Assembly (NCBI RefSeq): GCF_006345805.1
Contig: NC_043000.1
Coordinates: forward strand, 70,370,001 to 70,434,000
From: Octopus sinensis
Taxonomy: Eukaryota
Direction of reading: 5' to 3'
DNA: 64,000 bases
Shown here piece after piece: positions 1 to 12,800 of this stretch. The translations under genes and the position numbers were made by a program. The notes beneath the pieces were generated by a model. The model saw nothing but the letters and a program-made list of their open reading frames with translations. It was not told the origin of the DNA and ran no database searches. Position 1 is the stretch's first letter. Every line of letters begins with the position of its first letter.

Positions 1-2542
1 GACAGGCGAGGTCCCTCCTGAACCTCATCAACACCACTGTACATGGAGCAGGTAATACTCCAACCAACCAGGGCAGGTAACACACTGGATCTCTGCTTCA
101 CAAATGACATGGATCTCATCCATAATGTGAAAGTGACACCGACACTACTCTCGGATCACAACATGATAGAGCTGACCATGTACGGGCCAAAAGAGAGCAC
201 GGACATGCAGCCTACAAGAAACCCTCAAAATCTTTCCAGCTTGAACTACCATAAGGCAAACTGGAAACAAATTGAGAAAGAGATCCTCAAACAAAACTGG
301 CCTAAATGTCTCTCCTCGCCAGACATCGACGCGAAACTTCAACAATTCATGTCTGTAATGCAAGCCATATGCTACAAATGTGTCCCAGAGAGAGAAGGCC
401 ACTGTACACAAGAACAAAATCCCCAGAGAGAGGAAAATTTTAATGAGACGGCGTACGAAATTTTCAAATCGCCTAAACAAACAGATTGAAAGCAGTGAAA
501 AGTCCCGCCTAAAAATAAAACTGTTGGAAATCGAAAAATGTCTGCAACTCTCCCATGAAAAAGAAAGAGCAGACAGAGAAGCCTGGGCTATAGAAAACAT
601 AAAATCTAACCCCAGAGCTTTCTACAGGTATGCCAAAGAAACAGCTACAGTGCACTGTAGAATAGGGCACTCCTCGAAAAGGATGGCACACTTACAGGAA
701 AACCAATGAGGGTAAGTGAAATACTGAATGAGCAATTCAAGAGTGTTTTCACTCCACCCCTTGGGCATCTCCAAATCACCAATCCAACTGACTTTTTTAA
801 CACTGCAGATATAAAATCAGAGGCGGCGACGATAGATTACATCGATATAAAGGAAGAAGATGTAACCAAGGCTATAGATGAAATGAAAACAGACTCAGCT
901 ACTGGCCCCGATGGATTCCCGGCAATCCTCCTAAAAGCATGTAAGAGAGTCCTAGCAAGACCACTGCAGTTCCTCTTTCAGAGCTTCCTTGCAGCTGGCA
1001 AACTTCCAGGAAAACTGGAAGGAAGTAAATATGCCCCATTCATAAAGGAGGTAGCAGAGCGGAAGCCAAGAACTATAGACCTATCTCTCTGACCTCACAC
1101 ATCAGCAAGGTCATGGAACGAATAGTCAGAAGGAAGCTGATCACCTTCCTTGAAGAGAATGACTTGCTGCCCGACACCCACATGGTTTCCGACCAGGAGA
1201 AGCTGTTTAACTCAGCTCCTACAACACTATGACTGGGTGCTGAAACGGCTGCTCAACCACTCAAATGTGGAAGTGATATATCTCGACTTTGCAAAGGCCT
1301 TTGATAAAGTCGATCATGGAATGATATGTCACAAACTGCGTGATCTCAACATAGTTGGAAAACTGGGAGAATGGCTTCATGACTTTCTGAAGGATAGAAG
1401 TCAGGTGGTAGTAGCCAATGGGGCCACCTCCATTAACACACAAATAGTGAGCGGTGTTCCGCAGGGCACTGTTCTGGGACCACTACTGTTCATAATGGCC
1501 CTCTCAGACATGCCCTCAGCCACGCAGAGAGCCACGATCACAAGTTATGCAGATGATACAAAAGTTTCACAGGCAATACAGAACCCTGAGGACACTAAAC
1601 ACCTGCAATGTGAGCTGGACGAAATATACAAGTGGGCTGAAAAGAATAGCATGCAGTTCAATGCTGGAAAGTTTCAAGCTTTATACTATCAGCATGCAAA
1701 ACTGAATGCAATACCCAATGAATACACTGGACCCGGAGGGATTGCAATCCCAGAGGCACAATCAGTGCGTGACCTGGGTATTCACATGAGTGATGACGCG
1801 ACCTTTCATGTACATGTTGCTAAACTGACACTGAAATGTAGACGGCTGGCTGGATGGATTCTTAGAACCTTTAGAACAAGAGAACAAGAAACCATGATGG
1901 TCCTCTGGAAGACACTTGTCCTAAGCCACTTTGACTATTGCTCTCAGCTATGGTCACCATCCAGTGTCAAGTTGATCACAGAACTTGAGGCGACCCAACG
2001 AAGCTACACAAAGAAGATAGCCTCTATGCAGAATGTAAGCTACTGGGAAAGACTCAAGAGATTAAAATTATATTCCCTGGAGCGTAGGCGGGAAAGATAT
2101 GCCATAATATACATCTGGAAGATCCTGGAGGGAAGTGTCTTGAACTTTGGCATCGAGAGTTACGCAAATGCCAGAACTGGGCGCCACTGCGTGGTGCCTA
2201 GGACTCCAAACCTGCCATCAAGATGTAGGACAAGATTCTGTGATAGCCTGGGCTTCCGAGGCCCACAGCTCTTCAATATCCTCCCGAAGAACCTGAGAGA
2301 CCTGCATGGGGTGGATACAGATGTCTTTAAAATGAAGCTGGATCTCTTCCTGTCAGGTGTCCCAGATGAACCAACTTCACGGCAGGAGGGGCAGATGAGG
2401 GCAGCTGCATCGAACTCTCTCATGCACCAAATAGCAGTTGCTAGAAAGCCTCCATGAAGTGAAACCAAGTAGCAACACCAAATGGCGGTGCCCCAGCATG
2501 GCCACAGCTGATAAGCTGAAACTAGAATCAATCAATCAATCA
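1..2542 (+). mobile_element. LINE (CR1/jockey-group) ORF2 remnant: end of the APE endonuclease region plus reverse transcriptase, frameshifted, with intact 3' tail
   Basis: ORFs 43-489, 380-709, 706-1092 and 1150-2457 join into one ORF2. Motifs: TRAGNTLDLCFTN, SATGPDGFP, YLDFAKAFDKVDH, SGVPQGTVLGPLLF, YADD. Ends in a stem-loop (cagct-gata-agctg, 2505-2518) and an (ATCA)n tail. Confidence 0.93.
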
Positions 2543-4455
2543 TGTCATTGGTTATTACCATCAACTACTTCTGAGGATACAAAGACTTGTAGCAATCATC
2601 TAGTCAACGACGTCGCTGTTCTCTTGTAAGTTTGTTTTGTTGTTTGTTTTCTCTCCTTTGTACCATTTCAAATAGACAAGATAGATATGTTTATCAAATT
2701 TTATAAAATACACTAAGAATCAGAAAAATTGATCTCTTCATTTTTGAGATAACCATACAGATGACAACTCCCAAGAGCCGCAACTTGAAGAGGGCAATAT
2801 GAACTCCATGATTAAAGTCTATAAACGTTGATGTTATGTAAGACAAAGCAATTTGTTAGAAATATCTAACAAATACCTATATCTATTGAAATGTAAAATA
2901 GCGCATTTTAATAATTCTGATTCTTTAAAAATGTGCGTATTCTTAAGGTAAAATAAAATATATTATGGTAAATTATAATAAGAAATGAAGTACCGTTCCA
3001 TACGCATATAGTTAAAATAATAACAATAGGCGAAGAACTGGCAGATGTAATCCTGAGAACATTTAGAAGAGAACAAATTATAATATTGGTCTCGTAGACT
3101 TCATTTGTTTACAGTCACCTGTATTATTTCTTCCAGCTATGGTTAGTTCGTTGTATCAATCTTACTGCAGAATCAAAAGTATCCAGTAGTTTTGCACAAA
3201 TAAGGAGTGCTTCCTTATATCAACCGAACTACTGGATTTATATTTTTACGACTCTTATCCCTGAGGAAAAAAGGAAGAGATATGCAATTACATAAAGCTG
3301 AAAGATCTTCAAAAGACTGATATCAAATTTTGATACTTAAATCCCCATATCTTTCGTTACTATATACTTCTATAAGATCGGCTCTATCTCTCTTTTGAAA
3401 TATATTAGATTTCAAAGGTAAGTTTTCGAAACATAATAGATATGCAAAGAGTAGATGGCAACACTTTCAAATAATACTTAGTCACTCTACTAGGTACAGT
3501 TTCGGATAAACTTGGATGAGAACAATGACATCAAAATTCCTCGTTCGCCAAACAACATGCGAGTACATGTTGCTGCAACGAATCATGAAGCTTTCTACAG
3601 TATGTATAAACGGATAGTCAACAAAATAGTATAAATGTGTATTATTGCTACAACATTTGGCCACTCTTTTGAGCATAACCTAAACCCTGTCAGAAAAACC
3701 GACATTGATTTGATATCACAATAATAGTAGAGAAATAAGAAAGTTAATAATCTAATAATCTCGTGTGAAATCCATGAAACGATTATCATGAAGAAATAAT
3801 GTTAATTAAAAGGAAAAGTGAGATTTGCGAACATCATTTTTTTTTTTTTTTTTTGTAAAACAGATAACTATTCTTCAATTATTCCGATTCATTAAAATGT
3901 CAATTCATATTATATATCCATATCAATAAACTGAAGCCAGAAATGTAATAACAGGTAACATTTCGATAAGATTAGACTTCCACTCCAAGTAAAATATAGC
4001 TTTATTGCAATGTGTTTACACTCCTAGAGAACGTTTAGTTTACCAGTTTTATCTTTTCTGTCTAACTTCAATAACTTAATAATCCGCTGTTTAAATGATA
4101 AACAAGTTCAGTCGAAGATTTTTACTGGAACATATCCTGATACATTTTTAAAATATCTTGGAGTTCATATATGTTGTCTAGTGCAGCGAGCTTCACACAC
4201 TATCCCTCATTCCTCCCATAAATTTGACATATTTAAGTATCGTATTTGATCAACTTGTCGCATCGCTCAAGTTATTCGCGTGAGCGCACGCATGCATACA
4301 TGCATAAATACATTCATACATTCATACATGCATGTGTGCGTGTGTGTATATATGTGTGTGTGTATGCATATAAATATATACATATATATGTGTGTATGTA
4401 TGTATGCATGCATGTATATATGTATGTATGTGTATATATATGTATTTATGTATGT

Positions 4456-4868
4456 CTCCTCTGTATTCAATCATTTATATTCTTCCTCTGAAGAAGGAGC
4501 TGGTTTCTATCAAGGAATCGAAGCTCCGTCTTTGGAATGTAGATAGCGAAAACAATATCACATTTTAAATTTGAGAAAAGTCTTGCGTAGTTTTATTGTT
4601 CTGTAAGCAGATTGTATTTGTAATGTGCGAATCAGTTGGTTGATTTCTTTTTCTGAAAATCCAAGCTTATCCTGACTGACAGTTAGATATTTACTTACAA
4701 AACCAAGTGCTTTAATTATTACTGGTATAAACGTAAATTTGTAATCCGGATATAGAAGCTGGAGGTTTCGAAGCAGTTGTCCATAGTTATCTTCTTTCTC
4801 TTTGATTTTCAAAGAGATATTCACATCAGCAGGACAGCTGACCTCTACGACGGTACATATGTTTCCAA
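4456..4868 (-). mobile_element. 3' fragment of an R4-clade (restriction-like endonuclease) non-LTR retrotransposon
   Basis: ORF 4558-4914 ends in VEVSCPADVNI..KEDNYGQLLRNLQLLYPDYKFTFIPVIIKALG, homologous to the C-terminus encoded near 61230-61520. TACA-type repeats on both sides. Confidence 0.8.
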
Positions 4869-4949
4869 TGTATGTATGAATGGATGGATGGATATGTTTA
4901 TGTATGTAAGTCAAGCTTTATTTGTCTAGGAGTACTGGTAAAGTCTATA

Positions 4950-5065
4950 CGTTACGCATAGCGGCATTTCGTTCGTCTTTGCATTCTGACTTCATTGCCT
5001 TTCATCCTTCCAGGGTCGATAAAATAAGTACCAGTTGAGCACTGGGGTTGATGTAATCAAAATTG
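4950..5065 (+). mobile_element. Degenerate SINE body fragment
   Basis: gcctttcatccttccagggtcgataaaataagtaccagttgagcactggggttgatgtaatc; related decayed segments occur near 9290, 55900 and 57850. Confidence 0.55.
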
Positions 5066-5779
5066 TACCCAAATTTGAAATCAATGTACATAAAAATAGT
5101 TTTTTTAATTACCTTATGTTGGTATTACCTTTAAATGAATATATCAATGGTTCAGTTTATCATCGAAGATAATAAATAAGGTGAGTTTCTTGATTTTTGT
5201 ATTTAGATAGTTTGATTAGTCATATTTCTTTCAAGAAGTGTTTAATTTGACTGTTTGTATTTTCCTCAAAAGCAACATCAACTAAAATAAACAGAAAGAG
5301 CTATAATTGGGAATTGAAATTAGGCCCCAGATTCCCAACTAAAAGATCCTATCTTTCAATTTACAGTATTTAGGTAAAGATTAGTTGTGTATATCTGTGA
5401 CAATTTGTTGAACAGAAATAGTTTAATCATCTGCAGTAAGCTAACCAGTTTATCAATCCCATAATGCTGACATTTAAATTTGAACCCAACGAAGCTAAAT
5501 ACGTTTAAGCATTACGTCTAACTCTCTATCGTCTCAGACACCTCTACTTCAAACACTTATTTAGAAAAATTTGCTATTGTTCCGTATTTCTTTTATCGGA
5601 TATTTCTGAACACTACAAAATTGCTTTTCGCATTTTATAATTAAAAGAAAACAATTGTTTTTTGTTTGTTTCCTTTTTTAATATATATATATATATTTCA
5701 TTCAAATTTTTCCTATTTTTCTAATTTTCTATGCAAAAATGTATAAAATATAAACTCCTGCAGATGTTATGCCGTAACA

Positions 5780-5858
<79 letters not shown>

Positions 5859-5867
5859 GTAGTAGTA

Positions 5868-5925
<58 letters not shown>
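5780..5925. repeat. (TAA)n microsatellite
   Basis: About 145 bp of aat repeats with one short agt interruption. It explains the poly-I/L/Y ORFs at 5729-6063. Confidence 0.99.
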
Positions 5926-7698
5926 CAAGTGAATTAAACAGAACAGGGAATGGGTATAATATTGCCAATAAAAAAATAAGCCATCTATTTTATATGGATG
6001 ACTTAAAACTCTATGGTAAAGACAATAATGAACTTGAAGGCCTATTGCGCACGGTGAAAGCATTCAGCGATGATATCGGGATGGAGTTTGGACTTGAGAA
6101 GTGTGCCAAGGCCACTTTCCAGAAAGGGAAAGTGAAGACCACAAATTCAGTCGTGTTAGATGTTGACACAGTCATAAGAGAGCTTGAGCAAGAACAAACA
6201 TACAAATATTTAGGGATAAATTAAGGCTCTGGTATTCAGCATGCAAGCATGGAAGAGAAAATCAGGAAGGAATGTTATAGGAGAGTTCGTGCAGTCCTGA
6301 AATCTGAACTAAATGCACGTAACAATGTGTTAGCAATAAATTCCTTAGCAGTTCCAGTTGTTACTTATAGCTACAATGTGTTGAACTGGAATGAGTGAAG
6401 TAAAGAATATAGATAGGAAAATACGCAAGCTGCTGAGTTGTAATAGGATGCACCACCCAAAGGCAGACGTAGATCGCCTTTACCTTCCCAGAGCCCAAGG
6501 AGGTCGAGGCCTGATCCAATTTGAACTAGCTTACAAAACAACCACAATTGGACTGGCCAAATATCTTGAAATAACGAATGACTGGATGCTAAAGCTCGTA
6601 GAAAATCACGAGAGACGAAAGAAGCTTCATTCTATCATAAAGGAAAGCAAAAAATTTGCTATTGATCTCGTGCAGGATACCCAAACTGAACAACCCGAGG
6701 GAAGTACGCAACTATTGTTGCAAAGAAGGTGAAAATGATGGCAATGAAGAAAGCGCACGAGCAATTGGCTGATAGGTGGGAGGAGAAACCTCTGCACGGC
6801 AAATATGTGACCCGCAGCAAACAAGCTGATGTTGACCAGAAGCAAACCCATCAGTGGCTACGGAGCTCAGGGCTAAAAGCAGAGAGCGAAGGTTTCATCC
6901 TGGCTGCTCAAGATCAAAGCCTATTAACCCGGAACTACCAGGCCAATGTGATGAAAAATGGAGCAGACCCAAAATGCCGAGTCTGCAACGACATGTTTGA
7001 AACAGTGGACCACCTAATCTCTGGATGTAAAGTCTTAGCACCAGTGGAGTATAAATTAAGACATGACAGAGTTGGTCAATATCTACACTGGCTAATAAGT
7101 CGGCATTACAATATCAAAACTGCTGACAAGTGGTATGACTACCACCCTGAGGCTGTAACTGAAGGAGAAAATGTAACCATTCTGTGGGACTTTCCAGTAC
7201 ATACAGACCGAACCATCAAGGCCAATAAACCAGATATTGTTGTGAAAGACCAAAACAATAAAGTTTGCTTATTGATCGACATGAGCATCCCCTGTGATCT
7301 CAGCGAAAGAGTTTGACAAGCTCAGAAAATATAAAGACCTACTCATTGAAATTGAGAAAATGTGGCATATCAAGGCGGTTACAATACCAGTGATCGTAGG
7401 AGCACTAGGAATGATCAAGAAGGGAACCGAAAATTATATGAGAATGATCCCTGGCTTACCATCCCTGCAAGAAGTGCAAAAGATTGTCTTAACTGGTACA
7501 TCACACGTATTGAGAAGAGCATTGTCGATGTGAGAACTGTTGCTGCTCATGTATTTTAATTTAACTTAAAAAAAAAAATGAACGAACTATCGAGTTTGGT
7601 TTAATGGCCTACCAATGTATACTATGAGTTTCTTTGCCCTAGGAGTCGGGAAGACACTCGGCAAGAAATGGAAGCAAATTTGAAAGAAGAAAAAAAAA
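5926..7698 (+). mobile_element. 5'-truncated R4/Dong-clade non-LTR retrotransposon (RT end, CCHC finger, restriction-like endonuclease) between (TAA)n runs
   Basis: LFYMDDLKLY, FGLEKCA, DVDRLYLPRAQGGRGL, KCRVCNDMFETVDHLISGC, LWDFPVHTDRTIKANKPDIVV, KEFDKLRKYKDL, IPVIVGALG; broken by stops and frameshifts. TAA repeats at both junctions. Confidence 0.93.
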
Positions 7699-7712
7699 GT
7701 AATAATAATAAT

Positions 7713-7920
7713 CACAAGAAACAAGCACAGAAAAAGTTAAGCATATGAAAACTCGTGCTAAAACTACTGCCTTAGATATTCATACTGATAAATGGCAAGG
7801 AAAACCTCTCAATGGCAAATACTCAAATAGAGCTAATAGTGCCGATATTGACAAAGCCCTTACTCATCAATGGCTAGTATCTTCTGGTTTAAAATCAGAA
7901 ACAGAAGGGCTTATCATAGT
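7713..7920 (+). mobile_element. Second short R4/Dong-clade fragment, directly after the (TAA)4 junction
   Basis: WQGKPLNGKYSNRANSADIDKALTHQWLVSSGLKSETEGLII aligns with WEEKPLHGKYVTRSKQADVDQKQTHQWLRSSGLKAESEGFIL of the previous element. Confidence 0.85.
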
Positions 7921-7929
7921 ATGCCCTGA

Positions 7930-8446
7930 TGCAATACCAGGCACTGGCTCTCATGATTTCTCATCTAAGCTAATTGGAAGTGTTATCATGTACATTGTTT
8001 TGTCTTGATTGAAAAGATGGGCTACAGTAAATATTCTGCTCAATACCACAGATTTGCTTGTCAGCTGTTTGGCTTTAACCAGTTGAGCATGTCCCTTAGT
8101 GGTTTGCAATATGTGCATCTCTGATCACCAGCAGAGGTATTTGGGGAGCATCATAGTCATGTGATGAGAGGAATTCCTTGGGGTTTGAGTAATTCACCTC
8201 TGGAAACATGAGTTTCGTTCAACATCCTTAAACAAGCCTTTTTCATGGACCTTTTGAGCAGGATGGGCTACTCGAACTAAAGAAAATTATAACTGGGCCC
8301 CACCTGTAAGGTCATGTGCTGTTAATCCTGATTATGATGCATGTGTCTGGTGTACGCTTATCAGACGGGTAGTCATGATGGGTATACTGGTCTTCGTATA
8401 TTTTACACCAGGGTCACTTTGAGGGCATGCACTGCTATCTGACTCA
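7930..8446 (+). mobile_element. Unclassified non-coding repeat ending in a (GAA)n tail; probable retroposon 3' UTR fragment
   Basis: GC-richer than its flanks, non-coding, and runs directly into a pure (GAA)n tract, as LINE/SINE tails do. Confidence 0.4.
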
Positions 8447-8610
8447 AGAAGAAGAAGAAGAAGAAGAAGAAGAAGAAGAAGAAGAAGAAGAAGAAGAAGA
8501 AGAAGAAGAAGAAGAAGAAGAAGAAGAAGAAGAAGAAGAAGAAGAAGAAGAAGAAGAAGAAGAAGAAGAAGAAGAAGAAGAAGAAGAAGAAGAAGAAGAA
8601 GAAGAAGAAG
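8447..8610. repeat. (GAA)n microsatellite
   Basis: Pure aag repeat; source of the poly-E ORF 8427-8627. Confidence 0.99.
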
Positions 8611-9204
8611 GAGGGTTAGATACTTAATTCAGAATTTGTTTTAAGTATTTGTAGTTCTATGCGATAATAAAGTTAATATGCAATGTGATGACATATTTAG
8701 AAGACAAAGTTCTAAAATACGTTTCCTTCAGTAACCCAGGAGCTTGTACTGCTTAACAAATTCATCTACTGATTGATTTATAACGACAATTCTATATCCT
8801 GCGCACTCATTGGAGCAGATTAATATTCAGCCGAAAATTCCTTTAGTAACTGATGAATATAGACTCTCTTCCAGAGGATTATCCAACTGTAATATTTATC
8901 ATTATCATTATATAAAATTGTACTGGAGTAGCAGAAATGCTACAGCGTCTGAGAAAATGCCTTAAACCGTTTATTTGTGCCCCCGTATATCTTTACTTCA
9001 AATTCTGCAGATTCTGACTTTGTCTTTCGTTTTTCAGGATCAATAAAAGAAATATCTTGGGGTCTAATAATTCGAATGCATTCCTCTACAACTAGATATC
9101 CAGTCTTGTACCAATGTTAGAAACTAAGGAGCCAATTTAGATGACTTGCTGACCCTGAGAATTTGTGATATTGAGCTAATGTAAGAACTTTGTTAATGTT
9201 AAAA

Positions 9205-9332
9205 GTGGCGGTTTGATAGAATCAGTAGAATGTTGGAAATAGTTGTCTTGGATTTAATTACGTCTCTTTACGTTCTATGTTCAAATCCGCTGAAGTCGAC
9301 TTTGCTTTTTATTTTTCCGTTTTGATGGAATA
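9205..9332 (+). mobile_element. Decayed SINE split by the Tc1/mariner insertion; resumes at about 10208-10250
   Basis: B-box-like gttcaaatcc, then gtcgactttgc; after the transposon it continues aataccaatcaagtactaaggatgatttcattga, matching the SINE body seen at 5017-5060. Confidence 0.5.
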
Positions 9333-10205
9333 CATGGTGTGCCATAAAGAATTTCCGATTGATTTTTAGTCATAATTTTTAGTAAAGGGCATAAAAATTC
9401 AGGAGTTCTTTAGGATTTAATCAAATATGGTCATGTAACATATTGAGATATGCTTCATTCAATATGTTCATCTTTAGCTTTCACAATCGCCCAAAGACAC
9501 ACGAACACTGGACGACTTCTTCACCTAAACGATCCCGTGATGCGACTAAAGCTTTCTTCAGAGCGGTGTTATTTTTGAAGGAAACTCTTGAAAAGTCACT
9601 TTCTAGAATGGACCAACTAGCGAAGTCCATAGGGTTGACGTCAGAGCTGGAGGTGGAGCCACATATTCTTGTCCCAGAACCACTGAAATCACCCTTGCAC
9701 CACTGCTGTGTCACATTGGCACTCTGAATCTCCTCCTCCGCTACTTTTTGCACTTGTTCAGCCGCATTGCTTTGGAAGCGACCTGTTGCATAGTGTCTGA
9801 GGGATATCGAGATTTTGCCTCATGGTCTGTCGTGACATTCTCTTTCGGACGACACGCACCAGTTGTTTCGTCCTTACGGATCGTTCTCGACCAGGAATGG
9901 GCTTGCTGTCGATTGAATCTGTCTCACAGTAGCGTTTCATCACATTATAGACTGTTTTGTATCAATACCAGCCCTTGAAGCCATGTCTTTGGTGCTATGT
10001 CCTGCTTTATTCAGAGCTACAATCTCACTTCACCTATTAGCTGTCATATCAAAACGTTTTACTCGGCGAATGTAAGCAAACAATGGAGTGTACATGAACA
10101 ATTGAAAGTCGAGGTGAGCATTTTAATTATTTTTGTGCAATTTCAAACAAAATTTGATAAAATAAACTTATTTAAATAATCGGGAACCCTTTACGGCACA
10201 CCCTG
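9333..10205 (-). mobile_element. Internally deleted Tc1/mariner-superfamily element
   Basis: Imperfect ~30 bp TIRs (catggtgtgccataaagaatttccgatt versus reverse complement cagggtgtgccgtaaagggttcccgatt) and TA on both sides. Transposase N-terminal remnant MMKRYCETDSIDSKPIPGRERSVRT. Confidence 0.85.
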
Positions 10206-10899
10206 TAAATACCAATCAAGTACTAAGGATGATTTCATTGATTGTTGCTTCCTCTCCAAGCGTGAAGATCGTTCCATTGCCATTCTTTTGCAAGGAAAAG
10301 CAAGTAAACTTCTACTTGGTGGCTATGGTGAAAGCCGTACTATAGTAACAGTTAAAAGGTTTCAGGACAATGTTTTTCCTCCCAAGCTAGTCTTTGGCAG
10401 CTTCTTCAGGAACCGCTTGAAGAGGAATGAGATAGAGATGGGTGAGAGTGGTGAAACCGGGTTGACTAAGTGGACTTATTACTAACTATGCAGACTAACG
10501 GCGAAAACTCGAAGAAATAACTTATATTCAGGGTGCCTGAGTAATCCGAGATTTTGTGGGGGGATTCCCCGAACCACTCTGTGTAGTTCCTCCTTCTCCT
10601 TCGCATACTCACAGTTTTTGAATAATTTGTTATTTTTTTAATTTTTTAGTTCCGATGAATTTTGAAACAACCGAAAAATAAGGAGTCTCTTTTACATTTT
10701 ATATTTTGTCAATATGGTTTCTTCCTCTGAAGAAGTTGTAAGAGGTAATTGGTACAGGGGTGATAGCACTAATGTAAATAAATTCGCTCAAAACCTCTTA
10801 GTTAAACACACACAAATTTCGGATACTTATACATGCACAGCTGTACAGAACACAAAAATTAACACTAATACACGCTCAGTATGTAACAGTTCAAACGCA

Positions 10900-12800
10900 A
10901 ACATTGATGAAAATTATTATAGTAGTTTCACTGCTATAATAAGCCAATTTTTTAGTAGTTTAAACTGGAGAAACAGGTTATACCCATAGCTATCGACACG
11001 ATTAATATTCCTCTTGCACAGTTGCAAGTTATGGCTACAGAAAATACATATGCAGAATTCTACAGAGTAATATACAGATGAGGTAAGAAATGGTGTATTA
11101 GATGGTGTTAGCATTAAGGGTAACGAGAGGGGAAGGAGACTCATGAGTTGAGATTGCCTGAAGGTCACACGAGATCAGCTAGTTCCGTTAAGTAATATCC
11201 ACAGCAATAGCGGTAGAAAAGGCAGGGAAAGGAGACGACAGCACATCTTTGGGTAAAGGATTAAAAAAAGTTAGTGAGCGACTCTGTGCTAATAAATTGA
11301 GTGGCCTTTCTTTAGATACATTCTAGTCGTAACAACCGTAGCGTACTTGAGAGTTCTAGTGTCGTACTTTTCATATTTAGAAGGTATGACATTACTATAT
11401 TGATATAGAATGTTAGTGTCTTGACCGAATTATGGTTAGCACGGCCACTTTCTAGGACTTTTTCTAGCTTTCTGCTCTTGAATTCAGTGAAAGTTTATCG
11501 TGAGGTCAATGATGCAAGCGCATGATATTAAAGATTAAAGAGAACTGAAGGGTGCTATCATCTACTTGTAGCGGGAATTGTTAGAGGTGGCGGCAAATCA
11601 TTGATATATATGAGGAAAAGCGTGGACTACAAAACCGTATCTTAAGTACACCAGGATTCGAGCATATAGAATATAAATTCCAGAGAGATTCAGCAGCATG
11701 CACCCCAACGTTGCGATTTTGTAAGAATCTACTTATTCAAGAAACAAAGTGAAGCTATAAGGAGTAGTTTTTCTAGAATATTTGCGTGCTAAACACAGTC
11801 GAATGTATTACTAAACGGCAGTTTTCAGAAAATTTCTCCAAAAGAAAGTCCCACAGGTGAGTGACATAAGAAAGTAGGTCTACAGTAGATATTGTTTAAC
11901 GAAAGTTGTACTACTAACCGTTAAGGATTGAGAAGCATTCAAAGTGATGAAGAAGATTGTTGCTAATAGTTGTCTCCAGCAAATTTGAGATTTTGGAAAT
12001 GAGTGCGTTACAACTGTAGTTGGCAGCGTCAAACGGCATAGGAATGGGACACACAGCAGTGTACTTCTATTAGATTACACCACGTAGCACCAGGTATATG
12101 TTGACACAGATTCAAACAGCAACGCATCAAGAGCGTTAAATGCCTATAGTTAAAAATACAAAAGTAGCTTTCAGTCAATCGAAATTTCACCTATAAAACG
12201 AAAAATTCAACAGTCTTAATGGAGGAATACTCATGCAGTCGCTTGAACGGATAGAAACAGCATCCAAATCTCTGCCAAAGCATAGCCCACTATTTAAAAA
12301 AAAACAATACAGTTACAGATACACTAATTTTGAATATAAAACGAGACATCCTCACTTAAATGTCCACTCTACAAGTCGACTTGGTTAAAAACAATGACAA
12401 CAACTCTTGTCAAGAAGGATAAAAAAGAGAACTCCGAACTTCAAACTGATGAAAAATTGAATAGAAACAAAAAGGAAGGGGGTTTGACCAGTGTTCAGTA
12501 CTTTGATCTCAAGCGGACAAGGTCTGACACCTAACACTAACAAAGGAAGGGTGCACAAACTTTTTAAACAAGATTGAACATTCCTGAAACAAATCAAAGA
12601 TGTTACTTGTCGCCTAAAACTGTTTTCTACAATACCATATTTGATACCACCAAAGATTATGAAGAATAATTGCAACGAGCAAGGTATATCACATCTAGAA
12701 AGTAAATAAATCTTTTTTTTTTTTGTAATAATGTGAAGTATCAATGGTTTCGAAATTATTAATATCATGATCTTCACGAGCAAGTGTAACGTTCATGCAT
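10900..12800 (-). mobile_element. Heavily decayed LINE reverse transcriptase region (CR1/jockey-group)
   Basis: Hand translation of the minus strand across frameshifts gives VCPIPMPFDAANY, ISKISNLLETTISNNLLHHFE, STVDLLSYVTHLW and SPTLFLIYINDLP-like blocks in RT order. Confidence 0.7.

Noticed and set aside
4480-4530. ctgaaga followed by a ggagct/agctcc stem, hammerhead-like
   Set aside because: No GAAA after the stem and no stem III. It is the antisense of a hairpin in the R4 3' UTR, also seen near 61665-61705, where the CTGA word is absent.
8427-8627. Poly-Glu ORF and other low-complexity ORFs (poly-IY, CV, TH, YVCM)
   Set aside because: Translations of microsatellites with no other coding signal.
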